This document shows, in pieces, positions 30,282-39,997 of a DNA stretch of 64,000 nt. This DNA is from Deltaproteobacteria bacterium. Its GTDB lineage: Bacteria; Myxococcota_A; Polyangia; Polyangiales; Polyangiaceae. The position numbers and the translations under genes are program-made. Numbering within the stretch: position 1 is the first letter of the stretch; every line of letters begins with the position of its first letter. The stretch covers positions 11,695 to 75,694 of the forward strand of contig JAYTOL010000037.1 in the NCBI GenBank assembly GCA_043747815.1, written 5' to 3'. The notes beneath the pieces are model-generated. The model did not search any database and was not told where the DNA came from. It saw only the letters and a program-made list of their open reading frames with translations.

Positions 30282-30944
30282 TCAGTCCGCCTGCACGCGC
30301 CGAGCCCTCCACTCGCGCAGTACCTCGATCCCGGCTGGCAAGACACTGAGCACGATGATCGCCAGGAGCACGTAATGAAACTGCTCCTTCACGAACGAGA
30401 TGTTGCCGAAGGCATAGCCCACGGGCACGAACAGCCCTACCCAGAGGGTAGCCCCGACGACGTTGAAAACTAAGAAACGCCGGTAACGCATCTGGCCGAT
30501 ACCCGCCACGAAGGGCGCAAAGGTGCGGATGATCGGGATGAAACGCGCGATGATGATCGTCTTGCCGCCGTAACGATCGTAGAACTTCTGTGTGCGCTCG
30601 AGGTGCTTCTTGTTCAGGAAGGTCGACTTCTCGCTCTGGAACACACGCGGCCCGATCTGGCGGCCCACGGCGTAGTTGACTGCGTCGCCGAGCACCGCGG
30701 CACAAAGCAAGAGCGGGATGATCAGAGCGATGTGCAGCGGCGTGCCATCGCGCGCGCACAACGCACCCACCGCGAACAGCAGCGAGTCACCCGGCAGAAA
30801 TGGTGTGACAACCAGCCCTGTCTCGCAAAAGATGACTAGAAACAGCGCCGCATACAGCCAGCCCCCCATCGATGAAGCCCAGCCGTCCAGGTGTTGATCC
30901 AGATGGCCGACGACGTTCCAGACGCGAAGTGCGAGCTCGACCAC
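30282..30944 (-). CDS. DedA-family inner-membrane protein
   Basis: Motifs VTPFLPGDSLLF and RFIPIIRTFAPFVAG, with multiple TM segments. GTG 30944 has an AGGAGG Shine-Dalgarno. Confidence 0.9.
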   Translation of the reverse strand: MVELALRVWNVVGHLDQHLDGWASSMGGWLYAALFLVIFCETGLVVTPFLPGDSLLFAVGALCARDGTPLHIALIIPLLLCAAVLGDAVNYAVGRQIGPRVFQSEKSTFLNKKHLERTQKFYDRYGGKTIIIARFIPIIRTFAPFVAGIGQMRYRRFLVFNVVGATLWVGLFVPVGYAFGNISFVKEQFHYVLLAIIVLSVLPAGIEVLREWRARRVQAD

Positions 30945-31329
30945 GCCGGCTCCTCCTGTGGTTTGGCCGCAAAATGGGCTATACCCATACCAGAACTAGG
31001 CGTCGTGTCGAGCGCACAAAGCGGCGACCAGCGCGGCGCCCCTCGTACATGGAGCCCATAACGTGCTGCTCACGCCAGACCTTGGTGAGCTGGCGCCCCG
31101 CGAGGCTTTCTCGCGAGTCGCCACGCCGTTACAGTTCACCGGTGTGCCTTCGGCCGAGCACGGGGTCCCGACATCACGACTGGGCCACTGGCGGCGCTCG
31201 CGGGCTGAGCCGTCGCCTGCTCACCCGAGGGACTCGCGCGTCGGCAGCGTCGGCGTATTCGAGTCCGTGCGGCTCAGCTCCCAGCCACCAATGCCGGGGA
31301 GCTGTGACGCCCGTCGGAAGGATCTCGAC

Positions 31330-34300
31330 TTAGCGTCGGCGCCGCAATAGGCGGCCGCCCAATGCCAAGCCAATGACACCCCAGAACAGGTTTGCAGCAG
31401 GGTTGGTCCGCGCCGTGGCTGAAGACAACGCGCAGCCTTCCTCCTCGTTGCGGCGAGTATCCCGGAGGGCGACGCCGCTCGGCAGCAAAGTCAACCCGGA
31501 GACCTCTATTTTCTCCGAAGCCTGCTCGGTTGCGAATGTCACGATCCCCGCGCTGGAAACCCCTTCGAAGGCGGAGACGGGAATCGCTTCCCACGCGCCG
31601 CCGCGTCGGGCCGGCAAGGCAACGCAGGCGCGGCCCTCGGCCGCTTCGAGGCAGAGATTGTAGGGGCGGTCCACCGAGATCCAATACGTCAACATGTTTA
31701 ACGAGCCGGTATCCAGCGGGTTGATGAGCGCGCGGGCCACTCCACCGGGGGCGGGCGGGTCCCGGGTGACTAGTCCGCAGCCAGACAAGCGCACTGCACC
31801 GTCGGAACTCGACAGGCCCCAGGCACGTGCCTCATCGGAAGCAAAAAATTCGCGATTCTCGCACTCAGTGCGCGAGAACGTTCCCGACGGAGGGCCCCCC
31901 TGCCAGATGCTATCGTCGTATGCTGCCCAGGCCCCATCGGAGGCCCAGACGCGGTCGACGACTTCGCCTCCGTCCATCACATCGATCGTCGCTTCTAGGA
32001 ATGGGTCAAACGTGAAAGTGTGATGCGATGTCGCTGGGCCCGCACTGGCGTCTGTAACGAGCGTGGTGGTCGTCACGCCATCCTGCTCTAACCTCGAAAA
32101 CTGCAATTGAACGCTTCCTGCTCCGGCGACCCGGCGAAGCGCGAGCTCAACGTGCCCGCCGAGAGTAGACACGTTTTCGACGAGTACGCTTGGGAGGAGG
32201 GGGTTGACAGTGAGTCCGAGGTCCCGCGGATCAGGCTCCGGTGAGGAGACGTAGTCGGCATCGTCCACGGTCGTCGAAGTTCGCGGCCAATCGATGGCTT
32301 GCTCGAGCTCGACCCGCTGCACGATAGATTCGGCCAATTCGGCGATGAATGTCGGCGAATCTCCCCAGACCTGAATGGTGACGACTGAGGCGTCCGGCTG
32401 CACCGCGGGCGCGTCCTCCGTGACCCAGAAAACCGCTGGCTTCAGCTTATCTGCGCCCTCTGACAGGTGTAGCGTCATCGAATATTCGAGGCGCCCTTCC
32501 CGCGTGGATGTCACGATCGATTGCAGCACATCGAGACTGCGGAACCTAATAGGACGTACCTCCAGCAAGTTGGCGCCGCGTACGCGATCGCAGATACTCT
32601 TCTGGTGCTCGTAGAATCCTCCTGCGGCTGTGAGGATCAGCGCTCCGCCGCGTCGTTTCCCTTCGGCGGTCACGTAGTCGCTGCCGGTGACCGCGATGGC
32701 GTTGGTAACATCCAGGAGATCGGTGGGCGTGTCGCTGACCCCTGCGGCGTCTCCGAGTTGTGAAGGCAGCCAGCGGCTGGGGGATGCAACGTCTTCGAGT
32801 GGATTGATTGAGGTTTCAGGAATGCCGGGCACCATGCTCATGCGCGTTCGCCGGATGGCTCGCCGGGCGAGCGCGCTGGAGAGGCGGCCATTCGATTCGA
32901 GACCGGAGAAGGCAGAGGCGACGGGAACCGCGTATTGGGTACCGTCAAGGACGCCGTTTGCATCCGTGTCTGGATTGCCTGGCTCGCTGCCGATCAAGCA
33001 ACTTTCCTGAAAGTCGGTGAGGCCGTCGCCATCGGAATCCGAGAAGTCCGCCGCCTGCACTTGAATCGTGGCGGATGTCGCTTCGTCGAGCCACACGTAG
33101 GTGTCGAGATACGAGACGTTGCCCTTTCCAGCCCCGGTAAAATTGCCCCAGCTCCGCGCATTTTGGTTGGCGACCACGGTGTCTGCGTAGCCCCCCGGCA
33201 CGACGCTTCCTTCCGAGCTCACGAGCCCAAACGAGCCGTTCGGCATTTGTGCGTCGTTGGCTTGAACCAGGTTGTCATTCCAGTACATGGCCAGACCTGT
33301 GCGGCTATTGTCTGCGTTGACTCGAAACAGGCGCATGCCGGGATAGCTCGTCTCGATATCGCGGCCGACGTAGTGAAACTCGCCAACAGTCAGCTTTACG
33401 CGACAAGAGACAGCACCACTCGGGATTGGCGCGCCGTTGTGCTCGCCATTCCAAGCCACGACATTTGTGCCAATTGCAGCCGAGCCGAGCAGCAACAGAT
33501 CCTGTCCCGAACCGACACTGAAGCTGCCGTCGTGGTTAAGGTCGCACTGAAGTTGATACGAGCCCTCGGTTGTCGAGTTGAAGGAGAAGTAGCCCTGACT
33601 CTGGCCGGGCAGCACCTGGTCGCACGGGGTAATGCTATCTCCCAACACGTTGGTGCTAACGCCGCCTGCGTAGGCGATTCCCGAAATGGAGGGAACGGCG
33701 TGGTCGAAGTTGGCGAGCGTGGGCACCTGGACGTAGATCGCATATTCGAGCGAAACCGTGTTCCCCGCTTCGGGAACGCTGCGACCAGCGTTGGTGCCGT
33801 CAACTCCTCGCCGGTTGGCATTGATGTCGTAGATGTAGCCCGCCAGTCCGCTGAGCTTTAGCTCAATCACGGACAGACTCGATTGGCTTCCTGCAGGCAC
33901 TAACGCATAGAAGCTTGCATTGGTCGCCGCGCTCTGAGCGAACGAGCCGGCGTTGAACTGCCAGTTCTTTGCCGACAGTCGCCCTTTTGCATCCGTTTGC
34001 CCGATCACGGCGACGTCCCACACCGCGCCAATTGACTGGTCTCGCCCGACAACCAACTTGTACGCGCCCGCGCCCTGCGTAGGCGTGATGCTAGCCCCAC
34101 TCTGACGCGTACCAAGGTTAGTCCCGGTCGGACCATACACGGTAACCGAACCGTTCCCCGTCCACCGGATGGACTCGACGGCTGGATTGACGATGTCGAC
34201 GCTGAGAGTGGTGCCGGAGCGGAGTGCTTGAGTGGTGCCGAGCTGCGCGGTGCCCTCTGCCCACGCCGGGCTGGCAAGTAGCAGGACCCACGTTGCAGCC

Positions 34301-34377
34301 AGTGCAGCTGTTGAGCGAACGCCTTGACGGCGTGTAACCCTTGTCGGGCGTCGCGAACTGAATGAACTCGATGGCAT
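31330..34377 (-). CDS. Large secreted surface protein with TSP3-like calcium-binding repeats and a MYXO-CTERM-type sorting tail
   Basis: ATG 34377 has a GAGAGGAAG Shine-Dalgarno. Signal AALAATWVLLLASPAWA. Repeats DSDGDGLTDFQE and NPDTDANGVLDG. The C-terminus GCALSSATARTNPAANLFWGVIGLALGGRLLRRRR shows the GC + hydrophobic helix + Arg cluster pattern. Confidence 0.7.
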   Translation of the reverse strand: MPSSSFSSRRPTRVTRRQGVRSTAALAATWVLLLASPAWAEGTAQLGTTQALRSGTTLSVDIVNPAVESIRWTGNGSVTVYGPTGTNLGTRQSGASITPTQGAGAYKLVVGRDQSIGAVWDVAVIGQTDAKGRLSAKNWQFNAGSFAQSAATNASFYALVPAGSQSSLSVIELKLSGLAGYIYDINANRRGVDGTNAGRSVPEAGNTVSLEYAIYVQVPTLANFDHAVPSISGIAYAGGVSTNVLGDSITPCDQVLPGQSQGYFSFNSTTEGSYQLQCDLNHDGSFSVGSGQDLLLLGSAAIGTNVVAWNGEHNGAPIPSGAVSCRVKLTVGEFHYVGRDIETSYPGMRLFRVNADNSRTGLAMYWNDNLVQANDAQMPNGSFGLVSSEGSVVPGGYADTVVANQNARSWGNFTGAGKGNVSYLDTYVWLDEATSATIQVQAADFSDSDGDGLTDFQESCLIGSEPGNPDTDANGVLDGTQYAVPVASAFSGLESNGRLSSALARRAIRRTRMSMVPGIPETSINPLEDVASPSRWLPSQLGDAAGVSDTPTDLLDVTNAIAVTGSDYVTAEGKRRGGALILTAAGGFYEHQKSICDRVRGANLLEVRPIRFRSLDVLQSIVTSTREGRLEYSMTLHLSEGADKLKPAVFWVTEDAPAVQPDASVVTIQVWGDSPTFIAELAESIVQRVELEQAIDWPRTSTTVDDADYVSSPEPDPRDLGLTVNPLLPSVLVENVSTLGGHVELALRRVAGAGSVQLQFSRLEQDGVTTTTLVTDASAGPATSHHTFTFDPFLEATIDVMDGGEVVDRVWASDGAWAAYDDSIWQGGPPSGTFSRTECENREFFASDEARAWGLSSSDGAVRLSGCGLVTRDPPAPGGVARALINPLDTGSLNMLTYWISVDRPYNLCLEAAEGRACVALPARRGGAWEAIPVSAFEGVSSAGIVTFATEQASEKIEVSGLTLLPSGVALRDTRRNEEEGCALSSATARTNPAANLFWGVIGLALGGRLLRRRR

Positions 34378-34489
34378 GACTTCCTCTCTGATTAGAACTG
34401 ATTGCGTTGACTCAATGAACGGCTTTGTTCGCCGGGGAGTTAACGCGTTAGTCGGTAACGCCGCATCTGGACATCGGGACATCGCACCT

Positions 34490-37252
34490 TCAATACAAGG
34501 TGATTTGCGTGGTGACGCCGAGCTCATAGTAGTCAAAGCCCGCGATGTTGCTGCTGGCACTGCTGGACGTTTGCCCGAGCGCCACGATCTTGAGAGAACG
34601 CCACGGCCTGACGCCGAGTCGCGCATTGAAGCGATAGGTCTTCTGTGACGATCGATCCTCGATCCACTGCACGCCGCCCGCGGCCAGGGCTCCGTAGATC
34701 AGAACGTCGTCGACATTGTCAGCGAGTATCTCGGCGAAAGCCTCGGTGTTCACCAGCTGCGACGGGCTGAAGTAACTGCGCACGCTGGTTTCACTAAACC
34801 CAAGGATTTGACCATTCAAGCCCGTCTTCACCACCGGTTGATTCACGAGGTCAGAATAGAGCGAGGCGAAAACCAGGCCGCGCTCATTGCCATCAGTCAA
34901 CTCCGCCACCGACAGGTTGGTGTAATAAGAGACCCAGGGGATGACGGGGCCGTAGGAGATCGCGGCCAGCGTATGCAGGCCTAAATGGTCATCCGCCATG
35001 CCAGCCGTGTAGGAGAAGGTGTCGGCTTGATATTCCAGGGCCAGTCTGTGGGCTATCCCGATCCGCAGGTCAGTTCGCGCCATTCCCCAGGGAGCAATAC
35101 CATCTGCTGCCAAGTCGGACCTGAACTGCGCTACTCCGACCGCCGCCGATACGGCCACGCGGCTCGTCCATTGGTGCGCTAATCCCAACCGCACACCCAC
35201 CACGTTAGCGCTTTCCCCCGTACCCTGGTTCACGACGCTGCGTAAGCTCGCGTCCGCAGTGGCGCGAAGATCTGGGTCCAGATCTGTCGAGCTGTTCACC
35301 CCGTACTCCCAAGCTTGATTGGTGCCGTTGTCCCACGAATGCATCAAACGAGCACTTGCGGCGGGCGCGTGCGAAAACTCTAGCCGGTCGAGAAAGCGCA
35401 CCGCGTCCGGCTGCCCCGGTTCGATTTCTAGCGCAGTTCTCGCCAGCCGAAAGGCGTCGCCCTCAAGGTTGAGCGCATGGCTGGCGTCAGCCAGTGACAA
35501 GACCGCCCCGAACGAGCGCTCCTGTTCGAGAGCCGCTTCTACTTGCTCATGCGCGAGAAAGAAGTTCCCTTGTCTCATCGATACCTGGGCCAAGCGCAGC
35601 TTCGGAGCCTGGCTGTCGGGTTGCAGCCGAGCGAAGTTGCGGTACTCGACAGCGGCCTGGTCGAGTTTGTCATCGAGCACTAGGGCATCGCCCAAGCCCA
35701 GCTGGACGTCGAACTTGGCCTCAGCTGGCTCGGTCTTCAGCAGCGCAATCGCACGCTTCGCCAGGGCAGCGTGATCTCGCTCGCCCGGTACCCGTGCTAA
35801 CGCGGACAGAAGTCGAGGCGACTTGGGATTTTGTTCGATGGCCCCGGTCAGTGTCAGCGCTGCCGCGTCGTCCCGACCTTGAATCTGCAATGCGGAGGCG
35901 AGGAGCAGAGCGCCCTCGATGGACCGGGCATCCAGGGCTAAGGCCTTTCGCGACAGGCGCTCACCGTCGAGCGGCTGGTGACCCTGCAGCGCCTTGTTGG
36001 CGCCGCGTACGTACATGTCCACACGCATGGCGTTTGCCTGTTTGCGGTCGGCGTCGGGTAGCCTCTCGAACGCGACGATGGCGACTTCTGCTTTCTGAAA
36101 GTCGTTCCCTCCCATCGCAGCCTGGGCGCTGCCCAGCCAGGCATCTTTGTTCTTTGGTTCGCGCTTGCTCAGGGCGCCGAAGGCGGCCGCCGCCCCCGGG
36201 AAATCGGCGACTGCCATCGACGAGTGCCCGAGCGCGAGCAGTAGGCAGCTCGGCCTTTCAGTAGGCTTTAGACTCAGTGCGACGTGTCGTGCGCCCTCTG
36301 GGTTTTTGTTTCCCAGCAACGACCAAGCCGCTCCGCACGCCAGGTCACCGAGTGCGGCGCGGACGTCTTCCGAGGTCGGGTCGCGACTGACGATAGCTCG
36401 CGCGCGCTCGAAGGCAGCCGGAAAGTCTTCCCATCGACTCTCAACCGTGAGCAGCAGTCGCTCGCGCTTCGAATCCTGGGGCCAGCGACTCTCGACGGCT
36501 TTGACGCCAGCGGCGCGTTCCTCTCGCGGCAGCCGCGGGAGTGCCTCCGTCAGGAGGGCCTCTGCCGCGCCCTGATCTTCCGGCCCGGACGACACGGAGC
36601 GCCACTCCGCAGCAGCAGCGATTCGATCGAGGGTCGGGACATTCGGCGATGCCAACAGGCGCTTACGAAGGCGCGCTTGGATGACCTTTGCTTCCGCATG
36701 GGTCCCAAATTCTAAAACGACGGCATCGATCGTGGATTTGGCGGAGGCGAGCTTGCCGAGAGCGTCCAGCACCTCGGCCAGCAGAATGCGAACGTCCAAC
36801 GAGCGCTGTATCTCTTCCGGCGCCGCTTTCAATACACGCTCCGCTCGTTCCGGTGACTTACCCCACAGCAGTGCCTTGGCCCGAAGCAGCACCACCTCCA
36901 GGGACACCGGAGCGGATTCTAACACGCTTGCAGCTTGCAGAGGCTGGTCTGCCGCGAGCAGCGCTTGAGCCACGTTCAGCCGCAGCTCCAAATCCAGCGG
37001 TGCATTCGCAAGCTCCGAGGTGAGATCCCGCAAATTGCGGTTCGTGGCCTCGTTGGCACCCGCTGCCGTGGCCATCAGTAGCGAACAAAAACCCGCGCCT
37101 ATCGCGCCGCGCACGATCGAGCTCCGTCGATGTGATGGGCGAGCCTGATCCCTCGGCGCCCGATTCACGGCGTCATGGGGGGCCATCGCATCACAGGAGC
37201 GATTTTTCGAGCAGCCAAGCTCTTGCGCAGGGGTCATCTGTCGCCTGTTCAT
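34490..37252 (-). CDS. TPR-repeat protein fused to a C-terminal outer-membrane beta-barrel (PelB/PgaA/BcsC-like architecture)
   Basis: The start was chosen at ATG 37252 because it overlaps the upstream GT4 stop (ATGA at 37249-37252). After a signal-like LLMATAAGA, the N-terminal about two thirds is helical TPR-like repeats. The C-terminal third has alternating-hydrophobic beta strands ending YYELGVTTQITLY. Confidence 0.6.
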   Translation of the reverse strand: MNRRQMTPAQELGCSKNRSCDAMAPHDAVNRAPRDQARPSHRRSSIVRGAIGAGFCSLLMATAAGANEATNRNLRDLTSELANAPLDLELRLNVAQALLAADQPLQAASVLESAPVSLEVVLLRAKALLWGKSPERAERVLKAAPEEIQRSLDVRILLAEVLDALGKLASAKSTIDAVVLEFGTHAEAKVIQARLRKRLLASPNVPTLDRIAAAAEWRSVSSGPEDQGAAEALLTEALPRLPREERAAGVKAVESRWPQDSKRERLLLTVESRWEDFPAAFERARAIVSRDPTSEDVRAALGDLACGAAWSLLGNKNPEGARHVALSLKPTERPSCLLLALGHSSMAVADFPGAAAAFGALSKREPKNKDAWLGSAQAAMGGNDFQKAEVAIVAFERLPDADRKQANAMRVDMYVRGANKALQGHQPLDGERLSRKALALDARSIEGALLLASALQIQGRDDAAALTLTGAIEQNPKSPRLLSALARVPGERDHAALAKRAIALLKTEPAEAKFDVQLGLGDALVLDDKLDQAAVEYRNFARLQPDSQAPKLRLAQVSMRQGNFFLAHEQVEAALEQERSFGAVLSLADASHALNLEGDAFRLARTALEIEPGQPDAVRFLDRLEFSHAPAASARLMHSWDNGTNQAWEYGVNSSTDLDPDLRATADASLRSVVNQGTGESANVVGVRLGLAHQWTSRVAVSAAVGVAQFRSDLAADGIAPWGMARTDLRIGIAHRLALEYQADTFSYTAGMADDHLGLHTLAAISYGPVIPWVSYYTNLSVAELTDGNERGLVFASLYSDLVNQPVVKTGLNGQILGFSETSVRSYFSPSQLVNTEAFAEILADNVDDVLIYGALAAGGVQWIEDRSSQKTYRFNARLGVRPWRSLKIVALGQTSSSASSNIAGFDYYELGVTTQITLY

Positions 37253-38538
37253 GGCCGCTCGCTCGAGCGCTGCGGCATAATGCTTGCCAGTCTCTGGCCG
37301 TCTGCTGCCGTGTGCAACCGAGCTACATCCACGGTCGGGACGAGTTGATCGAGCTCGTCGAGATACGCAGCAGCGACATCCCCCATCGTGAAGGCGCCTG
37401 ACGCGCGCAGATTGGCAAGCTCGAGACTGCGGCGATGGTTGGGGTCCACCAAGACCTTTGCCATGGCGTCGGCGAGGCTCTCGGCACACGTGGGCTCGAA
37501 GACTTCCCCGCGGTAGCCCTCGGCTCGAGTCAGCGCTGCCAAATCATCGATGTCCGGATATACGACGGCTCTCCCGACTTGACCGATCTGGTGCAAGACG
37601 CCAGAGCTGCCCGTCGTGGCGGTATACGGCAACACGATAACGGTGGCACTGGCGAGAGTATTTTCGACGTCGGATTCGGGAATGTATCCGAGGAAGCTCA
37701 CGCCCTGCACGTCGGAGAAACGCTGTCTCACGGACTCCAAATAACCCGGCGTATTGGGGCTATCCGTTCCGGCGATGACCACCTCGATGTCGTTGAAGCC
37801 GCGTTGGCGCAAGAGCACAGCCGCTTCGAGCAGCAGTTCGACCTTCTTATAGGTGCCGAATTTGCCGAATGCCAGCAGGCGTCGCGGGCCACTCGGTATC
37901 GGTAAAGGGGCGGAACGAGTCTCGCCGAAGCTGCCGTGTGGCACGTGCAGGATGTTGGTCCGTCCGTAGTTGCGCCGAAGCAGCGCGGCGTACGTCGGAA
38001 GGAGCACGCCGACCCGGCTCGAGTACAGCAAGACTCGCGTGAGCGAAGTGCCGATGAACATTGCTAGCCTCGCCAGCCAACGATTTTGAACAAGGCCGTT
38101 GGCGACTAAGTCGACGGTCTCGATCAGGTTGTGGAGGATCAACACCGTCGGAATCCCGAGGCCGCGCAGCGCTGGCGCGGCGAGCAGTCCCAAGGCGCTG
38201 GCGGCGCTTTTTTGTCCGAAGCTGCGGAAGTGTGAGTTGAAGATTACGCCGTCGAGGCCTTCACGCAGAGCGGCCCGAGCCACCTGATAGCCCGCACCGT
38301 AGCCGTCAAATTGCCAGCACCTTTCCACGGTGACGTTAGGGATATGCCTGACCAGCGCTGGCGGCTCGATGTGCTCAATCACGTCAGCCAACACGTGGAC
38401 ACGGCCCACTCGTGGGTCCTTGCTCAGCGCGGACACGAGGTGCAACCCGTACTCGTTGAGTGTCCCCCCGCTCGGTGGAAACGCAGTAACCACCCCGATG
38501 GCGAGTTTTCTGCGTTCGCCAGCCTTCAAGTTTGCCAT
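37249..38538 (-). CDS. GT-B fold glycosyltransferase (family 4/1-like)
   Basis: 429 aa. N-terminal IGVVTAFPPSGGTLNEYG. The C-terminal Rossmann half RLLAFGKFGTYKKVELLLEA...VIAGTD...VIVLPY is typical of group 1 glycosyltransferases. GAGGGG Shine-Dalgarno. Confidence 0.75.
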   Translation of the reverse strand: MANLKAGERRKLAIGVVTAFPPSGGTLNEYGLHLVSALSKDPRVGRVHVLADVIEHIEPPALVRHIPNVTVERCWQFDGYGAGYQVARAALREGLDGVIFNSHFRSFGQKSAASALGLLAAPALRGLGIPTVLILHNLIETVDLVANGLVQNRWLARLAMFIGTSLTRVLLYSSRVGVLLPTYAALLRRNYGRTNILHVPHGSFGETRSAPLPIPSGPRRLLAFGKFGTYKKVELLLEAAVLLRQRGFNDIEVVIAGTDSPNTPGYLESVRQRFSDVQGVSFLGYIPESDVENTLASATVIVLPYTATTGSSGVLHQIGQVGRAVVYPDIDDLAALTRAEGYRGEVFEPTCAESLADAMAKVLVDPNHRRSLELANLRASGAFTMGDVAAAYLDELDQLVPTVDVARLHTAADGQRLASIMPQRSSERP

Positions 38539-38656
38539 ATTGATTCCCCTCGGCGTCCGTTAAGACGCCAGCGATGCCGTTACCCCACGGGGTGAGCACT
38601 GAGTTAGGCTCATAGCGACCCCGGCCTCAGTGCTTCAGCTCCTGAGTGCGAGCCGA

Positions 38657-38678
38657 GGCTCCTGTTCTTCCAGGAGCC
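38657..38678. promoter_or_regulatory. Perfect 8-bp-stem hairpin/inverted repeat followed by an A7 tract, in a divergent promoter region
   Basis: GGCTCCTG-ttcttc-CAGGAGCC (38657-38678), then atcAAAAAAAgg. It lies between the divergent GT4 (-) and GT2 (+) genes. The geometry does not fit a terminator on either strand. Confidence 0.3.
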
Positions 38679-38895
38679 ATCAAAAAAAGGATCGGATCGG
38701 CACGCAGATGCTTGAGCGGGCGGCGGCGCTTTGGTCTGGCGTGAACGGCAATCCTGTACGTTCCGAGCGAGCGAAGGCGCGTGAGCGTCTTTCAGATGTC
38801 GACGACGCCCGATTCGGAGCAGATGTCGTTCAAGGTTCGTGCTCGCGGGTCGATCTTTCCTCTGTGCCGCCTACTACCGAGTTTTGGAGGAAATT

Positions 38896-39870
38896 TTGAA
38901 AGCCGACGATCTGCTAGTCATCCCCTGTTACAATGAAGAGAATCGATTGCCGCATGAGCTTGCGCTGAGCTTGCTTGCCGGCGGACGAATCGAGATTTTG
39001 CTAGTGAACGATGGCTCGACCGATCGAACGCGTGAGGTGATCGATGGGCTCGTCAAGGCTGGACAGGGGAGGATCCATGCGCTCCATATGGCAGAGAATT
39101 CTGGCAAGGCCGAAGCAGTCCGGCGCGGCCTCCTTTGGGGCGTGGAACAGGGCGCTCGATGCGTCGGCTACGCCGACGCCGATTTTGCAACACCACCCAA
39201 GGAGATCCTCAGACTTCTGGAGGCCATGGAAGCTCAAGGCTTGGGAGCGGTTCTGGGCTGTCGCGTCGCCCGCCTCGGCGCACAAGTCAATCGCAGGTTC
39301 TCCCGCCACCTGGTATCGCGCGTTTTTGCGAGCTTAGCCTCAGCGGTACTGGGCGTCTCCGTGTACGACACCCAGTGTGGCGCAAAGTGGTTTCGGGTCA
39401 ATCCCGCGCTCGAAGCCACGATTGCGGAGAAATTTTCCTCGCGCTGGGCCTTCGACGTGGAGCTTTTGGGGCGTTTGCTCGGGCGTTGGGGCAAGGGTCC
39501 ACGTCTCGATGACGACGACGTTCTCGAGATCCCCGTGCGGGCTTGGCGCGACGTTGGCGGATCGAAGGTTTCACTCAGCGGCATGTTGCGGGCCATGTCC
39601 GATATGTGCCGAATGGTCATCGTGTCCATGCGCTTGGGGCGCGACTACCCCAAGAGCCTCGTCAAAGTCTCGATCGGCGCGCGTTTGGCTCACCCCCGTA
39701 CGTCGTGGTCTTCACCCGTGGAGCTCGACGGGGGGGCTGAAAACGATACGCTGCCCCGGTCGCAGCTGATCGTCATCGGGTCGCACCAACCCGTGGCCCT
39801 GGGTCCGGACGCAGTTTCGACGGCGATCCCCGGCGCTCGGGGCCAACGTGGCGCCGTCGCAGGCCGTTGA
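38896..39870 (+). CDS. GT2 glycosyltransferase of the polyprenyl/dolichyl-phosphate sugar synthase type (DPG-synthase/GtrB-like)
   Basis: Motifs LLVIPCYNEENRL, LVNDGSTDRT, YADADFATP, DTQCGAKWF and RWAFDVELL. TTG 38896 is preceded by GGAGGAAA; the ORF opens at GTG 38839. The C-terminal ~100 aa are low complexity. Confidence 0.8.
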   Translation: MKADDLLVIPCYNEENRLPHELALSLLAGGRIEILLVNDGSTDRTREVIDGLVKAGQGRIHALHMAENSGKAEAVRRGLLWGVEQGARCVGYADADFATPPKEILRLLEAMEAQGLGAVLGCRVARLGAQVNRRFSRHLVSRVFASLASAVLGVSVYDTQCGAKWFRVNPALEATIAEKFSSRWAFDVELLGRLLGRWGKGPRLDDDDVLEIPVRAWRDVGGSKVSLSGMLRAMSDMCRMVIVSMRLGRDYPKSLVKVSIGARLAHPRTSWSSPVELDGGAENDTLPRSQLIVIGSHQPVALGPDAVSTAIPGARGQRGAVAGR

Positions 39871-39997
39871 CTAGGGAGCTGAAGGCGCCGCACCCTATTG
39901 TTCGCACTCGACGGGGACGTTTGAGCTGACACGATTACCCTCATGACTCGAGCTCGGGGCTGGACATCGGCTCCTAGCGAGTCACAGGTGTCACCCG

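Noticed and set aside
37253-37489. 79-codon N-terminal extension of the TPR/barrel ORF back to 37489
   Set aside because: The extension overlaps the 3' end of the GT4 gene in another frame and is Arg/Cys-rich nonsense. ATG 37252 forms a classic ATGA stop-start overlap with the GT4 gene.
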